From Pocillopora damicornis (Eukaryota), in contig NW_020846775.1 of NCBI RefSeq assembly GCF_003704095.1, positions 310,001-374,000 on the forward strand: a stretch of DNA of 64,000 nucleotides, in the 5' to 3' direction. The notes beneath the pieces were generated by a model. It did no database searches. It was not told the origin of the DNA and was given only the letters and a program-made list of their open reading frames with translations. Below are positions 21,113-35,600 of this stretch, one piece after another. Both the position numbers and the translations under genes were made by a program. Position 1 is the first letter of the stretch, and every line of letters begins with the position of its first letter.

Positions 21113-24100
21113 ATGCATCCTCCTAGCGCTTGCTTTCTAGGTGGACTCCGTATGTACAAGATTGTTCTTCTTGGAGAGGGCGGCGTGGGAAAATCAGGTA
21201 AGTTTGTGCACGGGCTTACTTCCCGCTTGACTGAAGGAATTCGCGAGCAAACACTTGTAAAAGGGAACAGTGTTGATCGTTGAAACGAAATCGCTTCCTG
21301 GATGAGTTTGCCCAGTGGACTGAAGTTTAGTATTGAGCTACAACTCCTGCTAAGTTTTTCTACGAGAGTTATTTTAGTGAAGAACAAAATCAGAAAGTGA
21401 AAAGCGAAAAGGTTATTTGTTTGCTCTAACGCGCCTTTTAGCTCAGTTAATTATAAAATATTTGGAATACCTCAAAGCTATAACATCTGTTTGTCTCGGG
21501 TAAACGTTGTCTGTTTTGCCATCTCTCATTCTAGTTATGTTATTTAGTGCGCTTGGAATTTCAACTCATTCGATCTGACCACATTTTTCTGCTCGCGCAA
21601 ACAACTCGCTCTGGTGAAATGTATACTTTGCTGTGCTTAGTGAAACGAAACAAGTTATTTCTTGCATGTTAAAATTGTTTTGTAGTTCGTTTCACAAACA
21701 TTCGCTTTTCAGTTCAATTTTGAATTACGCTATTTCTCAACAAATTATTGCCGTAGGGAAATTTAATGGAACTGAGTAAAATCTGCCTCATCATCGGATG
21801 TTTTGAACGGAGTTGTCACTTTGACAGCGAAACAATATCAGCGCCTTTGTTTTGTGACCCGTAACGTAATTGACTTCACATCCCAAGATAAACAACCATA
21901 TCATAGGTACTCTTTTATTGCTTTATTTTTCTGAATCGATTGTTTTTGAATTATGAATTTTTTAAATTCATAATTCTGTTTCCTAATTACCGGAAAATTG
22001 TAAACCAGAGACCGCCAATGATGCTGAAACTTCAACTTGCCTTCATCGTGCGCGCGCTCCACTGTTTCGATCGAAGTTGTTTTGATACACGTTGTTTTGA
22101 TAGAAGTTACGAGATCAGGTCGATGTAGCGCGTGAGCAAGCATACAATGTTGAATTTAGATAGTTACTCGGGCTGGGGGCATTTAGAGCGAATTAACGCC
22201 AGTAACTGTCTCAAAATTTTTATTTACTTTGTTGTCGAGACAGGTCCGAATTGTGGATGAAATAGACGCATATTTATAGCTAGAAATGAAATCTCATTTC
22301 TATTTTTTTACCTTTCAAGTAAGATGTACTAGTTCTTAATGTGGGTGTTACTAAACTGTGGATCAGCGGACCACAGAACCTCCGTAACCACTGGAACTCG
22401 CAGAACCCATAAAGGAATTAAATAAAAACTAAAAAGACCTTAACACTGTTGGAAAGTTTACTTTCGGGTGTAAGGAAGAATATTTTAAAAGAGAAATATG
22501 TCTTAATTGTCCTCGATATTCAACTACAATTGTTGTAGGGACATTCACTGTACAAGAGTATGTGTCACCTACCCTGAATGTCAATAACTGAACCATAATT
22601 TGAAAGCTTCAATGGTTTGGGTACTGTGATATCCAAGTAATGCTTCATCTTAAGGCTCTCAGCAAACCTTTAGGCTGGATTTACCATCGTTTAATTTCAT
22701 TTCATTGTACATAATCCTGGAATGAGGAATGTCAGTGTAAAGTAACATCATTGCTTGTGACGCATGTAGAATTCCAGGATGACCAGGGCCTCAGGAGGGA
22801 ATTTACTGAATTTTGCATGCATTGGACTTGTTTGGTTGGTGTTACTCTCAGACATATCTTGGAAAGGGTTAAATAACAGGAAAAGCAGATGAACTAAAAC
22901 CAAGCTAAATTACCTTAAATCAGCCCTAGAAATTCAAATGATGCAAAAGAACATCCATTTGAATAGGGTTAATTTGTCCTTATTCAAAACTAGTTCAGAT
23001 CTTTTAAAGGTTTAGGGCATGACTGTTCATTTCCATGCAAATCCTTATATTTCCCCCATGGTATGATGAAAACATATTTGCATATTCACAGAGGCCCACT
23101 GCATGAGCGTGGGCTTTCAGTGGTTGGATGTCAAGGTAGATTTTTAAAAAAAAATTATTTTTCTCTTAAAATATTATCTTCCTTATACCAAAAACCAAAT
23201 TTTGAACAGTGTTATGGTAGTTTTAGTTTTTCTTTTCTTTTATTTTCTTTCTATTTATTTTTAACAAAAAACTCATGGCTCCACGGGTTCCACTGGTTCT
23301 GAACAAATAATTTGATCTATTCAGTTCTTGTTACTTATGGTATTTTTTTTTCATCTTTTATTCAGTAAGCTTTTGTTAAACATAATGTGGAAATAAAATT
23401 TTTTCTTTTTTTTTTTTTGGCAGCTCTAACCATGCAGTTTGTATCTCACTGTTTTGTGGATTATCATGATCCTACTATTGGTGAGTAAACATTATCGGTA
23501 CTAGGTACTGAAGGTGGAATTTCACTCGCAAGAGAGTAAGAGTCAGAGTCAGAGTCATAAGAGCACTTCTGACCTGGCAAAATTCTAAAAATTGTAGTTG
23601 TAAGTAGAGTCATGAGCTAAATGGAACTGGACTCAGAAGAATCAGAATGGTTTCATTTTCTTCCAGTTCTGCCTATGACTCCAAGGTTTATGATCCAGTG
23701 AAAACTAGATTGTTGGAGTCGCAAACAGAAAGGGAAGAATAACCAAACAGAATGTCAGTTCTCATTCTCCAGCCCTTTAAGTATAGTCTTCCACATAGGA
23801 CTGCGACAATTCAGTTTTCAGTTTTGTCAAGGGCATGGACATTTTTCTTCCAATGCTGTCAGCTAAATTTTTTATTAGTTTGTGTTGCTCTGTGCGTATG
23901 ATTAAGACTTTCACTCCAACTGTGTGGTAAGTGCAAACCAGCCTTAAACCTTAACGCACAGAAAAGGAATATCTGTTTTCCCCAAGCAATAATGATTATC
24001 CTGAAAGTGCTAAGCTTAATCAATTTGTTAAAATTTGTTCATTTGTTTTGATTACTACCAATTTAGAAGATGCATACCAACGTCAAGCTGTAATTGATGG

Positions 24101-25135
24101 AGAGTCTGGATTGTTAGATATTTTAGACACTGCTGGACAGGTGGGTACAAACAATGAAAACCATGATGTTGCCCAAAAGGAAAAAAAAAACTGAGATAGC
24201 TGAAGGAAAAACAAAGCATTATGCTTTGTTTTTTATTTAATTTATATATATACTTTTTGAGATTTCATGCAATGTTTGTTAAGAAGATGAACAGCATCTT
24301 TTTCAATTGAATATAAGAAGACATACTCTATTGCATCACTCTTAAGTATATGAGATTTCATGCAATGTTTGTTAAGAAGATGAACAGCATCTTTTTCAAA
24401 TGAATATAAGAAGACATACTCTATTGCATCACTCTTAAGTATATGGGTTATCTCAGATGAATGAAAATTTAATGACAAAGGGTCCTCAAATTAATTTTTT
24501 AAAAATTTGGAGTTTGGGGGTCTGGTGATTTCCATGAAATTATGTAAGTTTAAACCCAAAAGGGAAAAGTTAATTCATCTCTGAGATTGGACGGTCATAA
24601 GAGGCTCTTTTACTGAATAGCAGCTGTATATTAAGCATGAAATAATTTTTTTTTGCTGAACAGGCTATATTAGTACCAGTAGCAGATTACAAAATTGTTT
24701 TTGTTTAACTTATAGCAAGAGTTCACTGCCATGAGGGAGCAGTATATGCGTAGTGGTGAAGGATTTGTCATAATATATTCCATAACAGACAGACAAAGCT
24801 TTCTTGAAGCAGCTCAAGCAAAGACGCAAATTGAGCGAGTTCGAAGAGGAGATGGAACACCAATGGTCCTGGTTGCAAACAAAATGGACTTAGAGAGCAA
24901 AAGGGAGGTGACCACTGAAGAGGGCCAAGCATTAGCCAGGGAGTTTGACTGTCCATTCTTTGAAACATCTGCAGCCCTGAGGCACTTTGTGGATGATGTT
25001 TTCCACACTTTAATTCGACAGATACGGAAAAAGGAAAGATTGGGTATGAAGCTAGCTCAAAAGAAAAAGAAACGTCATCATAGGGCAAGCACAATTGTTC
25101 AGAATTTTTTCAGACGTCAGAAGAAAAGGGTGTAA
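21113..25135 (+). CDS. RIT1: GTP-binding protein Rit (RIT1/RIT2-like Ras-family GTPase), 4 exons
   Basis: Exons 21113-21197, 23424-23480, 24067-24140, 24716-25135. GEGGVGKS, Rit-type effector [34 protein letters not shown]; polybasic C-terminus without CAAX. Confidence 0.92.
23510..23948. mobile_element. Degenerate MITE with GAGTCA-type short repeats in RIT intron 2
   Basis: AAGGTGGAATTTCACT at the left versus AGTGCAAACCAGCCTT at the right. Confidence 0.5.
24258..24445. repeat. Near-perfect ~92-bp tandem duplication in RIT intron 3
   Basis: GAGATTTCATGCAATGTTTG...CACTCTTAAGTATAT occurs twice. Confidence 0.9.
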
Positions 25136-28100
25136 GTGTATCTGGACATGAGGTTGGGAACAAAAATGATATTGCGCTTCTGTTCATAGAAAATGATAAT
25201 TTGTATCAAGTAAGTCAAAAATTCCTAATTGTAAATAGCAAATTAGATTTTTCTGTATATTGTGGTCTTTCCAGAGATATAGATTTACAAATTGTTTGAT
25301 GACAAATTAGTTTTGTAGGTGTAAACATTGTAGAAATTCTCATGGAATCTACCAGGCTTTCAAGAGCTCTGAGGGTTCAAAACATTCATAAAGCATGTGT
25401 ATGATATGTTGAAATCCTATTCAACCAATGGTTGGGAATTTTTAATACTAAAAAAACTCAAGAGATTCCAATTTGACCTCTAATAGTGAAAAATCTAAAA
25501 ATGCTGAGGTTTGAAGTTAGAATGTTATCATCATGGAACAATGCAAGTTCACACCCAGAAATTTTGTGAAATATTAAAAAAGGTCACGTTTTAAACATTT
25601 GTTTAAGAGAAATCCTCATCTTTTTTTTTGTTTGTTTTTGGAATAAACAGAAACTGATCACAAGTTGTGCATAATTAAATCAGTTGAAAGAAAACAGAAT
25701 TTTTTTTCTCCTAAGGGAAACTTACAGTGTGATATATTTTGTTACATATGTCACATACACAAAACTGACCAATCCTATTGCAGAAAACAAGCAATGAGTT
25801 CCATCTAAATCCTTAGACATCTTTGCTTAATTACTTAGAACTTTGCTGCATTCATTGGCTGTTTGAAGTAATAACATAACTGGTTAATTTTGTTGAAGTG
25901 ACGACAGTAACTGTAGTGGCTCTATACATAGCTGCTAAGTTTTATCACTTTTTACTTATAAATATCACTGTTTACATATAATCATTGCATGTTAATTATA
26001 AGATTAAATAGTAAGTTGGGTAAATGTGTTGAGTTTGGAGTTTTTCATTCAAGCAGAAATCAAGCAAATGAGTAACACAAGGATGGGCACCTTCTAAGAC
26101 CATGAAAGACTTTCAAAAAGTCAAATGTAAATCAATAATTTTGTTAATTTTGTACATCCCATGATAAATTTATTTTTAAGATCCTGCCTGTTTTTAGAAA
26201 CTATTTGAATGGGCCAGGGCTCTGACTGAATAGTGAGGTTCCCCATCAAACTCTCTACCCTCTGATCTTGTGCAGTGATAGAAAGAGTTCTAAAAAAATT
26301 TAAATTGCTGGAATGTGCAATGCTCTCTGCTTTGGTCTAGAAATTCAGTCATTAATTTTTTTATTGTTCTTTAATTAAAGTTAGAGGATAGGTGGTCCTT
26401 TGTGTGTGCTCCATCATACAAGTCATTCGAAATCAGTGGAAATCACCCCACATCTTGTTAAGTGTCTGAGCAATGTGCACAGAAAGTGCATGCAGGGGCC
26501 AACTCAATGAGGCAATTTTTCTTGACTCATGATGGACCACACTAAGAAGGAAGGAATATGCATACTCTACTTTGAACATGTGTAATAAACTCAACCAATC
26601 ACCTCATAAAAAAAAATATAACAGGTCCAAGAGAAGATTTCTCTCTTCTTAACCCATTTAACCCTAAAGATGACCAGCAACTAATTTCTCCATACAGTAA
26701 TAATGCCAAATCATTTAAGAAGATCATGAGAAATGAAGAAACGATCACCAACGTAAGAAGCTTTGATTATAAGACAAATTCTCCTAGTCAGTACCAAGGG
26801 AAATCTGGAGAAGAGTATGGAGAAAATCGATGCTGATGTTAGGGTGTAAAGGGCTTAATGAAAGAGAAAAATATTCTGATTGAATGAGGTGATTATTTAA
26901 AGCAGTAACATCACAGTTACTTCCAAAATGTATTTATGCAAGGCAATGTAGTCAGCTTCACTTTAATCTAAAGTAGGTGAAGATTATTTGTTAGAAATGG
27001 AAATGAAGAGTATTTTAATGATGTTGTAATTTAAGAAGCTTTTGTATAATAGTGGCTGTAAGCTTTCTTTTTATCTGTATATGGTGCTACATAGCTATAT
27101 TAGTGATAAATTAAACACTGTCTCCATTAATCTAGTCTGATACGTTTATCTCAAATTTGAGAAAAGTTGCGGCGTAGGGTAGGGGAGGGTAGGGCCAAAA
27201 TTTGAGGGACAGAAAAGCAGGCTCTGTCACTTTTAGTAGTCCATATTGTTTCTTTAATTAGCTGATACTTTAAATTGTACAATATTCAAAGCTTTTGAAA
27301 ACGCAATCTAGGGTGAAAGCAGAATGGCTTTAGAGGCCCAATAAATTACCGGAACCTTCGAGAATCTGCTCCTAAAGTGGGACCTTTTTTGGTATTATTA
27401 TTTGAAGGTATTGATGAGAAAAAAAATACTTACGGTTAGCCGCTAAAAAAGAGAAACTTGGTTGTCAGTGAGGGTAGCAAACTACAAAACTTTTTCTACA
27501 AAGACCAAACACGTACCCTTCTTTTCACGTCTGGATTCTGCTCTCGGTTTAATAGGAAAATCTGAGCATTTCTATCGGATAAATTGATACCACTGCCAAA
27601 CGAATTGAGGATAAAACCCTTAAAAACAATCATGTGTTGTGTCTATAAGATTCAATGTTCACCTGTCGAAGAACCTTCAGAGCACCGAGTCGTCGGGATT
27701 GGGATGCGCGCTATTTACCTCGTACTTACCTTGAGGTCCCAGGGGATATTGGGTCACCCGGGGTCAAAGTTTAGCGCACACTTAGTCAATATTTATGACG
27801 TCACAAGTGAGGAAAGGAGAGTTATATAGACTTGTTTAGAATTATTTCTCTTTCGTTCGCATTTGCGCAAAAAAGATATCTCACAGGTATTTCTTCAAGT
27901 TTCGTCCCTTGGATATCACTAACAGCAGAAATCTGTTCCCCGTGAAGATCCGTCGTGTCACATCCGTGTTGTCAACCACAAATGATGCCATAGCGGTTAT
28001 ATCGTTTCCTTGTTTCAATGTTTTAAATAAGTTTTCAAGTTTTAAACTACTTCTCTGTTGTGAGCAGTGGGAGTTTACCGAGAGAGCGGATCGTGGAAAA

Positions 28101-29690
28101 CTTGCTTTGCTCCAACGGAGGTCTAACGCTCCAGACGTCCGCTTTCCAAAATTCTCTATTGCAGTGTATCTACCTTTCCCAAATTCTAACTAACAGTCAA
28201 CCTAGTGTCCCACAACACAGCGGTCAAACATGGGGCATACGTTTGGGGATCAATTTTGGACGCCCGCGCGTCAATTTTTGAATATTTCCCACGCAAAATT
28301 TCAACGAAAAACACAACACACAACTGCTGTCTCGCAACTTTAGGCGAAGGAAAATTAAAACGGCGTTCATAGAAATTTGTTAAAAGGGAACAAAAGTAGG
28401 GAAAAGCGAAGCTTAAGACTCCTCGAATACAAAGCTTATTCAATTACGTACTGTGTTGATTTACCTTTCTGTTTTGAGATTTTTACCAAAAACGTTATAC
28501 GCTTCTAAGACATCGTGCCTTACTGGCTTGTGTTTTTGTTTGTAACTCGTGGAAGATAGCTTGGTTGTGGCGGCCTGAAAGCACGCCACCTAGTCATTAC
28601 AACGTTAACACATGCGCAGACGTTTGAGCGTTGTGGCTTGTTTCCCTTGCTTCTGACGCAGTTCATCAGTATCTTTAAAAACTAATAACCGCGTGCCTTG
28701 CATCCCGCTTTGTCTAGTGAAAGATTACGCCTAGTGCACTCAGAATTGAGCAAAATTGACTTTCCACTAAACGTCTAATCGTATATTTAAACAGCAGCCT
28801 TGCACAATAAAATATAAAAATATATCTTTATTTCCCTTGAAGGATCCAAGAAAACTTTAAAATTGTATTACTTCGTGACAGAAGTAACATCAATTTGATG
28901 GTAACTTCCATTATTGGGTGTTTGAAAAATTAATTTATAACAATTTACCTTGTTTAATTCGTATGCTTTGTACACCCAATCGCATTAATAGTAATGCTAT
29001 ATGCAAAAATAATAACTCATCATTTTTATCTATGTTTCGCTGAATTTTTTTAAATTAAAGATAAAGATCTTTCACTAATTTTGGTTCCATAACCGAGACC
29101 ATAATGAGAAAGCACGACATGTATATCCCTCTGCAGTTTTTTCAGATGTGAGCATACTTTTCATAGTACTTAATACCGGGCTATGGAAATAAACGAATAC
29201 AAATGCAACTTTCTGCAAGCAAATGATTTGAGTGAAATAGTAACTGTTATTCAAAGGTTTTTACTTCAAATATAAGCTTGGAAACTAAATGCCTTTGATA
29301 AAAACTTTGTTGTAAAACTAACTATCTCAACAAAAGAATATGAACAGGTTTCGTTCTGAAATGTAAAGAATAAGATACTTAGAAAACATGTCAGTTAACA
29401 TGGTCAATGAGGACGGGATTACAAACATTTGTTTTCAAAAAATAACTTTCTGAACCGCAAAGATCGATTATAATTTTACTTTGCGTATCTATTTGCCTTT
29501 TTAAATTGAAAATACGTGTTAATCTTCGCACTTTTTATGAGCAGATCGCCTGACACACGAGTATGCGTAGTAAGTCTTTCCCCCTTTTTTATATCTGTTA
29601 GAATGGCGATTAATTAAATAACTGTCTATTTTCTGAACGAATAACAGTTCACGATTGTCGTGTAGAACGACACTAACCATAAGTAGAATT

Positions 29691-32600
29691 TTACATTCTC
29701 TCGTCTTCGTCTTCGTCTTCGATAAGAGACCAGTTGCATTCATCATCAGATTCAGCTCTACCGTTACATTCTACACTAGTGTAGTATTTCATTCTCTTTT
29801 TGGATCGAAACTGAAGAATCCCAAATACAACAAGAAAAGTAACAATTGCCAGTGACATAGCTACAATGGCTATTGCCGATAGCCCAGTCTTTCCGGGATC
29901 TACGAGCACAAATTTGAGTGCACTATCATTTGGATACTGCACTGAGCGATTCCTGTCAATAACTGATGATTTACATTCTCTTCCACATGGATGACAAGAT
30001 CTTGTTTGTTCCTCAATGGAATGATTGGGCGAACACTGTACAACGCACATTCCACGCTCAAGATAAAGCGGGCTCTTACATAAGCGACAGTTATCTGAAG
30101 AGAAACCATAACAAGATTGACAGACAGGATGACACGTTTGACACTGATGAATACCATACTGTTCCGTAAGAAACGATCCACTGGGACAGCTACTGACACA
30201 AGTAAAATTGTAGAATACTTTGCCTTGTGAGCAACTAAGACAGTTGAAACTCTCTGGGCCATTGCATGATCTGCAATTTGGATGACACTTCTCACATTTT
30301 CCTTCAAGAGAAAATTTTCCTTCAGGGCATACTGAGCCGCAAGTTCCTTTGTCTTGACTTTGAACTAAGTCTTTTGCACATGATAAGCAAGTGTCTGCAC
30401 CAGCACCAGAACATGTCTGGCAGGTTGGGTGACATTTCTCACAGAGACCTGTGTCCCGATTTGGAAATGTTCCATGGGGACATTCCTTTTTGCACGAAAA
30501 GCCAACTAGACTTGTATCTGGTTTGCTGCATGCGATGCAGTCATTCGCTGTAGGCCCAATACACCTTGAACAAGAAGGGTGACATTTTATACACTTCTGA
30601 CGACTGGTATCCAATACCCAGCCATGTTTGGGACACTCTCTGATACAGTAGTGCTTATAGAGCACAAATGGTGGTATACATCTTGTGCAATTTCTGAGGC
30701 CATTCCCTGCAAAAGAATTGGATAAAAGATAGCCAACGTGAGTATGATAGAATGATTAAAGCTTACTCTTTAGTACTTCGACACCTGTAGACTCAAGATC
30801 ATTGCATATCGAATTTACAAGCCAAAAGTGATATTTTGAACTAACCGTGGATAAATGGTGTACCGACTTTATCCGAACCTTTCGATCTATGAGATATTTT
30901 CTACTGTTCTCTCATTTTCCATGGCAAGTTTAATGGTTTACAAACGTAACTGAATATTGCAGGATGAGATACTCTGACCTTAATTATATTTATATGTTGA
31001 CAGTTGTACAGCTAAGGAAAATAACTACTCATAAACTTACCTCCTTCACAGGTTGAGCAATAGTAGTCACATCGCTGGCAACTATTAACTTCTCTGTCAA
31101 AGTAATAGTCTGACGGACAAGATGCTAAACATCTTGAGTTCGCCATGACAGATGCAGGATGACATCTGGTACATTGATCCGCACCGGGTCCTGTGCAAGA
31201 CTTGCATGATGAATGACATGGCGCACAACTCTTTGTTCCTGGCAGTAGATAGGTTCCAATCGGGCAGATACTGACACAGATTCCATTATTCAGAACCTCG
31301 TGTTCTTTGCACCGGACACAGTTGTTGGAAGACCTCACACATTCCTTGCACATACCATCACAAGGTTCACATGAGTTAGTTTTGCTACGATATTGGCCTG
31401 CTGGGCACTGTGTTCGACATGAATTAGCAACAAACAATAAACCTGGCTGACAGGACAAACATTCCACTTGGTTTTTGCATTTTGTGCATCCAGGGGAGCA
31501 CGGCTTACATCGTGTTGTATCCAGCTCACCGAAGTAACCGTCTGGACACTCATAGGAACACTGTTTTGTTTGCAAATCCAGAAACTTTATATCACTGCAG
31601 CTTAGGCAGTCTTTTTCATCTGGACCAGTGCATGAATGGCACACAGGATGGCATCTCTGACAGCCGTCACTACTATTAAACTTGCCTCTTGGACAAACTG
31701 GTTTGCATTCAGAGCCATCAAGCGACCAGCCAGCTGTAAAGAAAATAGGTTTTAAAAAAAGGCGTTACAACAAAAGAAAATCTTCCCTGCTCCAAAAAGT
31801 TTTATCCGTTTGTTCTCTTGTAACAATGTGGCAATAAGCGGTCACAGGAAGTGAAAATTGTGGAAAGAGAAAAAAAAGCGACATGTAAATCTTGAATATA
31901 CGATTAGGCTAAACGAGTCCTCCTAAACTAGTCCTTTTACAAAGGTGATCAATTAAAAGAATTGCTCCGAGGAGAAAGGTCAGAAGAAAATACTTTATTT
32001 TCCTATTTCTGTCATCGTTTTCATGATTATAGACCCCCTTGAGTTCTGCATAAAAAAATGATGATAGAGTTCAAAATACCTCTACAAGTCTGGCAGTCGC
32101 TAGCAGACGGTCCACGGCATGTTTCACAATTTGTGTGGCAAGATTTACAGGTAGGAGGATTTTGACTGTGGAACGTTCCATCCGGACATTTGGTGACACA
32201 CGTTGATCCAGCCAAAACATTCGAAGGGGAGCAAGAGAAACAGTGGTTGCTTTCCTCACCAAAGCATGTGCGACATGCTGAGTTACAAGGGACACAGCTG
32301 CGCAAAAAAACAAAACAAGATAATGTAAATGACGATTCTTTTTTAGTTGTACAAATATTACATAGCTCTTTAATCAGTTAAATCGCAAGAATCAGCGTGG
32401 TCTGCCATACGTTTTCTGCTGCATCACGTTTTGAAAATTATCAATGAGAATAATATGCTAATAAGCTATCCCCACCACATTACATACCAAGCCTCACCTG
32501 GAATTCCTAGGGAAGGTTCCTTCAGGACAACGTATCAAGCACTGAGATTTGTACTTAACAAATCCTTCCGAACAAGACTGACACTCCAGACTCGAGGAAT

Positions 32601-35600
32601 GACTGCAAGAAGCACATCCAACCTGGCAATTTTCACATATCGAAGAGGTACTGTTTGGAAATGTGCCAGTTGGACAATGTTCAGCAGACAAACATTGATG
32701 CACGTGTAGAAATTTGCCTTCTTGACAGCTGGTGCATTTGGTGGGTTCGATAGCATCACAATGTTTACATGACGACAGGCAAGCAACACAAGTACCATTT
32801 GAGGATTCCCCATACTGACCTAGAAATGACATCGATCAAATCAATCCATATCTTATGAATATCAAGTACCAATAGTATGATAATTGCTGCATAATTATGA
32901 CAGGGTTGTTGAGAAGAATTCTAAAGCCAGCAGTAAGACCACCCTTTTACACTTACTAGGTAACCTGAGTGGTTGGTTGTTTTTCAGGCATTTGTTAAAA
33001 ATGAAGACGGTAAATCAGTTCAAACACAGGTGAATTTTCCCTTCCTACAGCGGAACTAATGGACAGACAGAGCCAAGCCTATTATAAAGTGAAAAAAAAA
33101 TTGAGATCTTCACTTTCAAGCCTACATGCTATTATCAGTCAACGTACCCTCAGGACAACTTTCAACACATGTCCCAACTGGGGTTCCAGTCCTAAAGTGT
33201 CCCTTGCTACAAGACAGACAATCGGATGCTGAAGATCCTACACAACTGCTGCATGATGCAGAACAAGGTTTGCATTCCTGGCTTTCTCTATCCCCATAGA
33301 ATCCACTTGGGCAAGATGCCTTACACTCTCCCCCATGCAGAAACAGTTGCTGCTGAGTTTCTTTAGTGCCACATTCTGTGCAAGAGCTTGCACCACCAGC
33401 ATGACATTTACGACAAGAAGGGTGACAAATCTTGCACTGTCCGTCTTCTGCTAAGTACTGTCCATCTGCACATTTAGCTACACATCTGCTGAAATGATGC
33501 CTGTACTGTGACCTACAGGAAGTGCATGACGTTGCATTACCGGCACAAGTCAAACATGACTTGTCACACTTCCCGCACATCAGAATAGAACCATTAACAT
33601 GTTTATACCAACCATCGGGGCAAAAGTTCACACAACTTCCATTGTTCAGAATAAGAGGTGGATGACATGATAGACAGTTAGGTGAGTTAGGTCCATAACA
33701 AGTTGCACATGTTGGACTGCATGGGGCGCACAGTTTTGCAGCCAGATCTCTGTATTCTGTCTTGGTGCAATCGGCAACACACTCCTTCAAAAAAATAATC
33801 ACGATTTCGATTCATAACGTCACACCTATGATATTTCTATATCCTTGACTGTAACAGTATACAACATAAACCATAGGTGTCTCTTTAACTAGAGGTAATA
33901 TCCAAGAACATGAACTTGTGACTGTAAATTGAATAATAGTCTTAGCAAGGTGATCTCAAGCTTCCTTCCATTATTGTTGGTGGTTTGCTAGAGGTTATAA
34001 CACTGGTAAACCACCAAAAATAAAGGAACATGCTGTATATAACTTATAAAAATCAGGCTGTAATGGCAAAAGATTCTTTCACTTGTAGCTAAAGGATGAT
34101 ATCAATACTCAAGTCGTGAGCCGCAGGTCTACATATCAAAACTCAAGTTGTGAGCGACAGGTCCACATGAAACTAATTATATGAAGACCTGTCAATATGA
34201 TAATAAGTGCTACAACAATGTTTTCCAACTGCAGTTGGTCATAGTATTAGTCATGCATTACTAATTAATTACTCTTACATTGCTGGTGCTTCTTCTGAAG
34301 TGCTTACACTCTTTACATTGGTTTGCCCTTGGTCCAGTGCAGCCATTTTGGCATTCCAAGTTGCAGGCAGCTACTGGTTCCTTTGTGGAATCAGTAGGTT
34401 GTGGCGGTTCTGATGTGCCATAAGTAATCAAATACCAATTCTTGAGTGTTCCACTATTTCGAGAAGCACCTGGAAAAGATAAAACCAAAAAATACACTTA
34501 ATCAACAATGCCTTTTTGTCCAAACCATCTTTCCCTTCCTCTTATGGAATCATGAAAAGTCAATTACATAAGGTCTCATACTGATTCATATCCATTTCTT
34601 GTGATGAAAGCAGTTTCCTTTATATTATGATTAAGGATTAGAATTCTGTTATTCTCAGAGACTAGAACACCCTTCGGAAATGGCTAAAGTCATACAACAC
34701 CATTTCAAAAGGATAAAATTTTTTTCTTATTGTCTTCTGTCCTTGAAAAATAATGCACACAATGAATACTTGTGAGAAACATGAAGATTTAAATATACAA
34801 ATGTCTTTTGTCAGAGAGAGCTTTCCTCACCATGGTTTTCAATCTCCAATGTCCATGTTCCTTTTGGATCTTCACCCCATGTATGAGTTGACATGAATTC
34901 CCAATCTGTAAAGCCAGCACCTGAGTAGTCTTCCCTTCGCTGTGGCAATAAAACTGAAGCTGTTCCACAAGGGGAAATCAGCTTAATAGTGAGGTCTCCA
35001 CGTCGTGTAAAAGTCAAGGTTATGACCACTTGGACATGTTCCAAGTACCGCACATAGCGGTCACTACCTGAACAAGCTGTTGCATCAATAGTCACCTTTA
35101 AAGAGCCAGTTCCAGGAATTGGTCTAAAGGAGAAAATGTAAGGTGATGAGTAGTAAATTAAATGAAAAACAGGACAACAGATCTTTTATGATGCATTGTC
35201 ATTCATTCTGAAAAATTTATAAGTTTCAAATTTAAGGATCACCTTTGCTGTGCTTCAGGTATTTCACAACAGACATGCTGGGCTGGTGTAGTTTTCCACT
35301 TCCTTGCAAGGTTGACAAGTGCTAAAGCATCAAGTAAACCGTAACCAAACTTGTGGCTGACCTTCCTCCCAACTGCATTGACAACAAAGTCATCGGATTT
35401 CAACTTAGCATTGGATGATGTTCGAACAACAAGATGCTGCATGTCCCTCCAGGTCAGGTTACAACTGGGTGAGAAGAATGAGCATGTTAAAATTAGGCAC
35501 ACCCTGAATGATGTGACTACGAAATATCTTCATCATTAAGTCACACCAACGCTGTTACTGTGAAACTGAGAAAAGTGAACATTTTACCTCCACAGGTGAC

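Noticed and set aside
27880-28010. Minus-strand frame with CG-TGA (possible selenocysteine)
   Set aside because: A TAA lies shortly upstream, there is no start codon or convincing acceptor, no selenoprotein similarity, and no SECIS was recognised
29900-32813. Overlapping alternative-frame and antisense ORFs over PCSK5 exons (likewise over the Kelch, RIT1 and H3.3 genes)
   Set aside because: Shadow ORFs of real coding exons with no independent motifs
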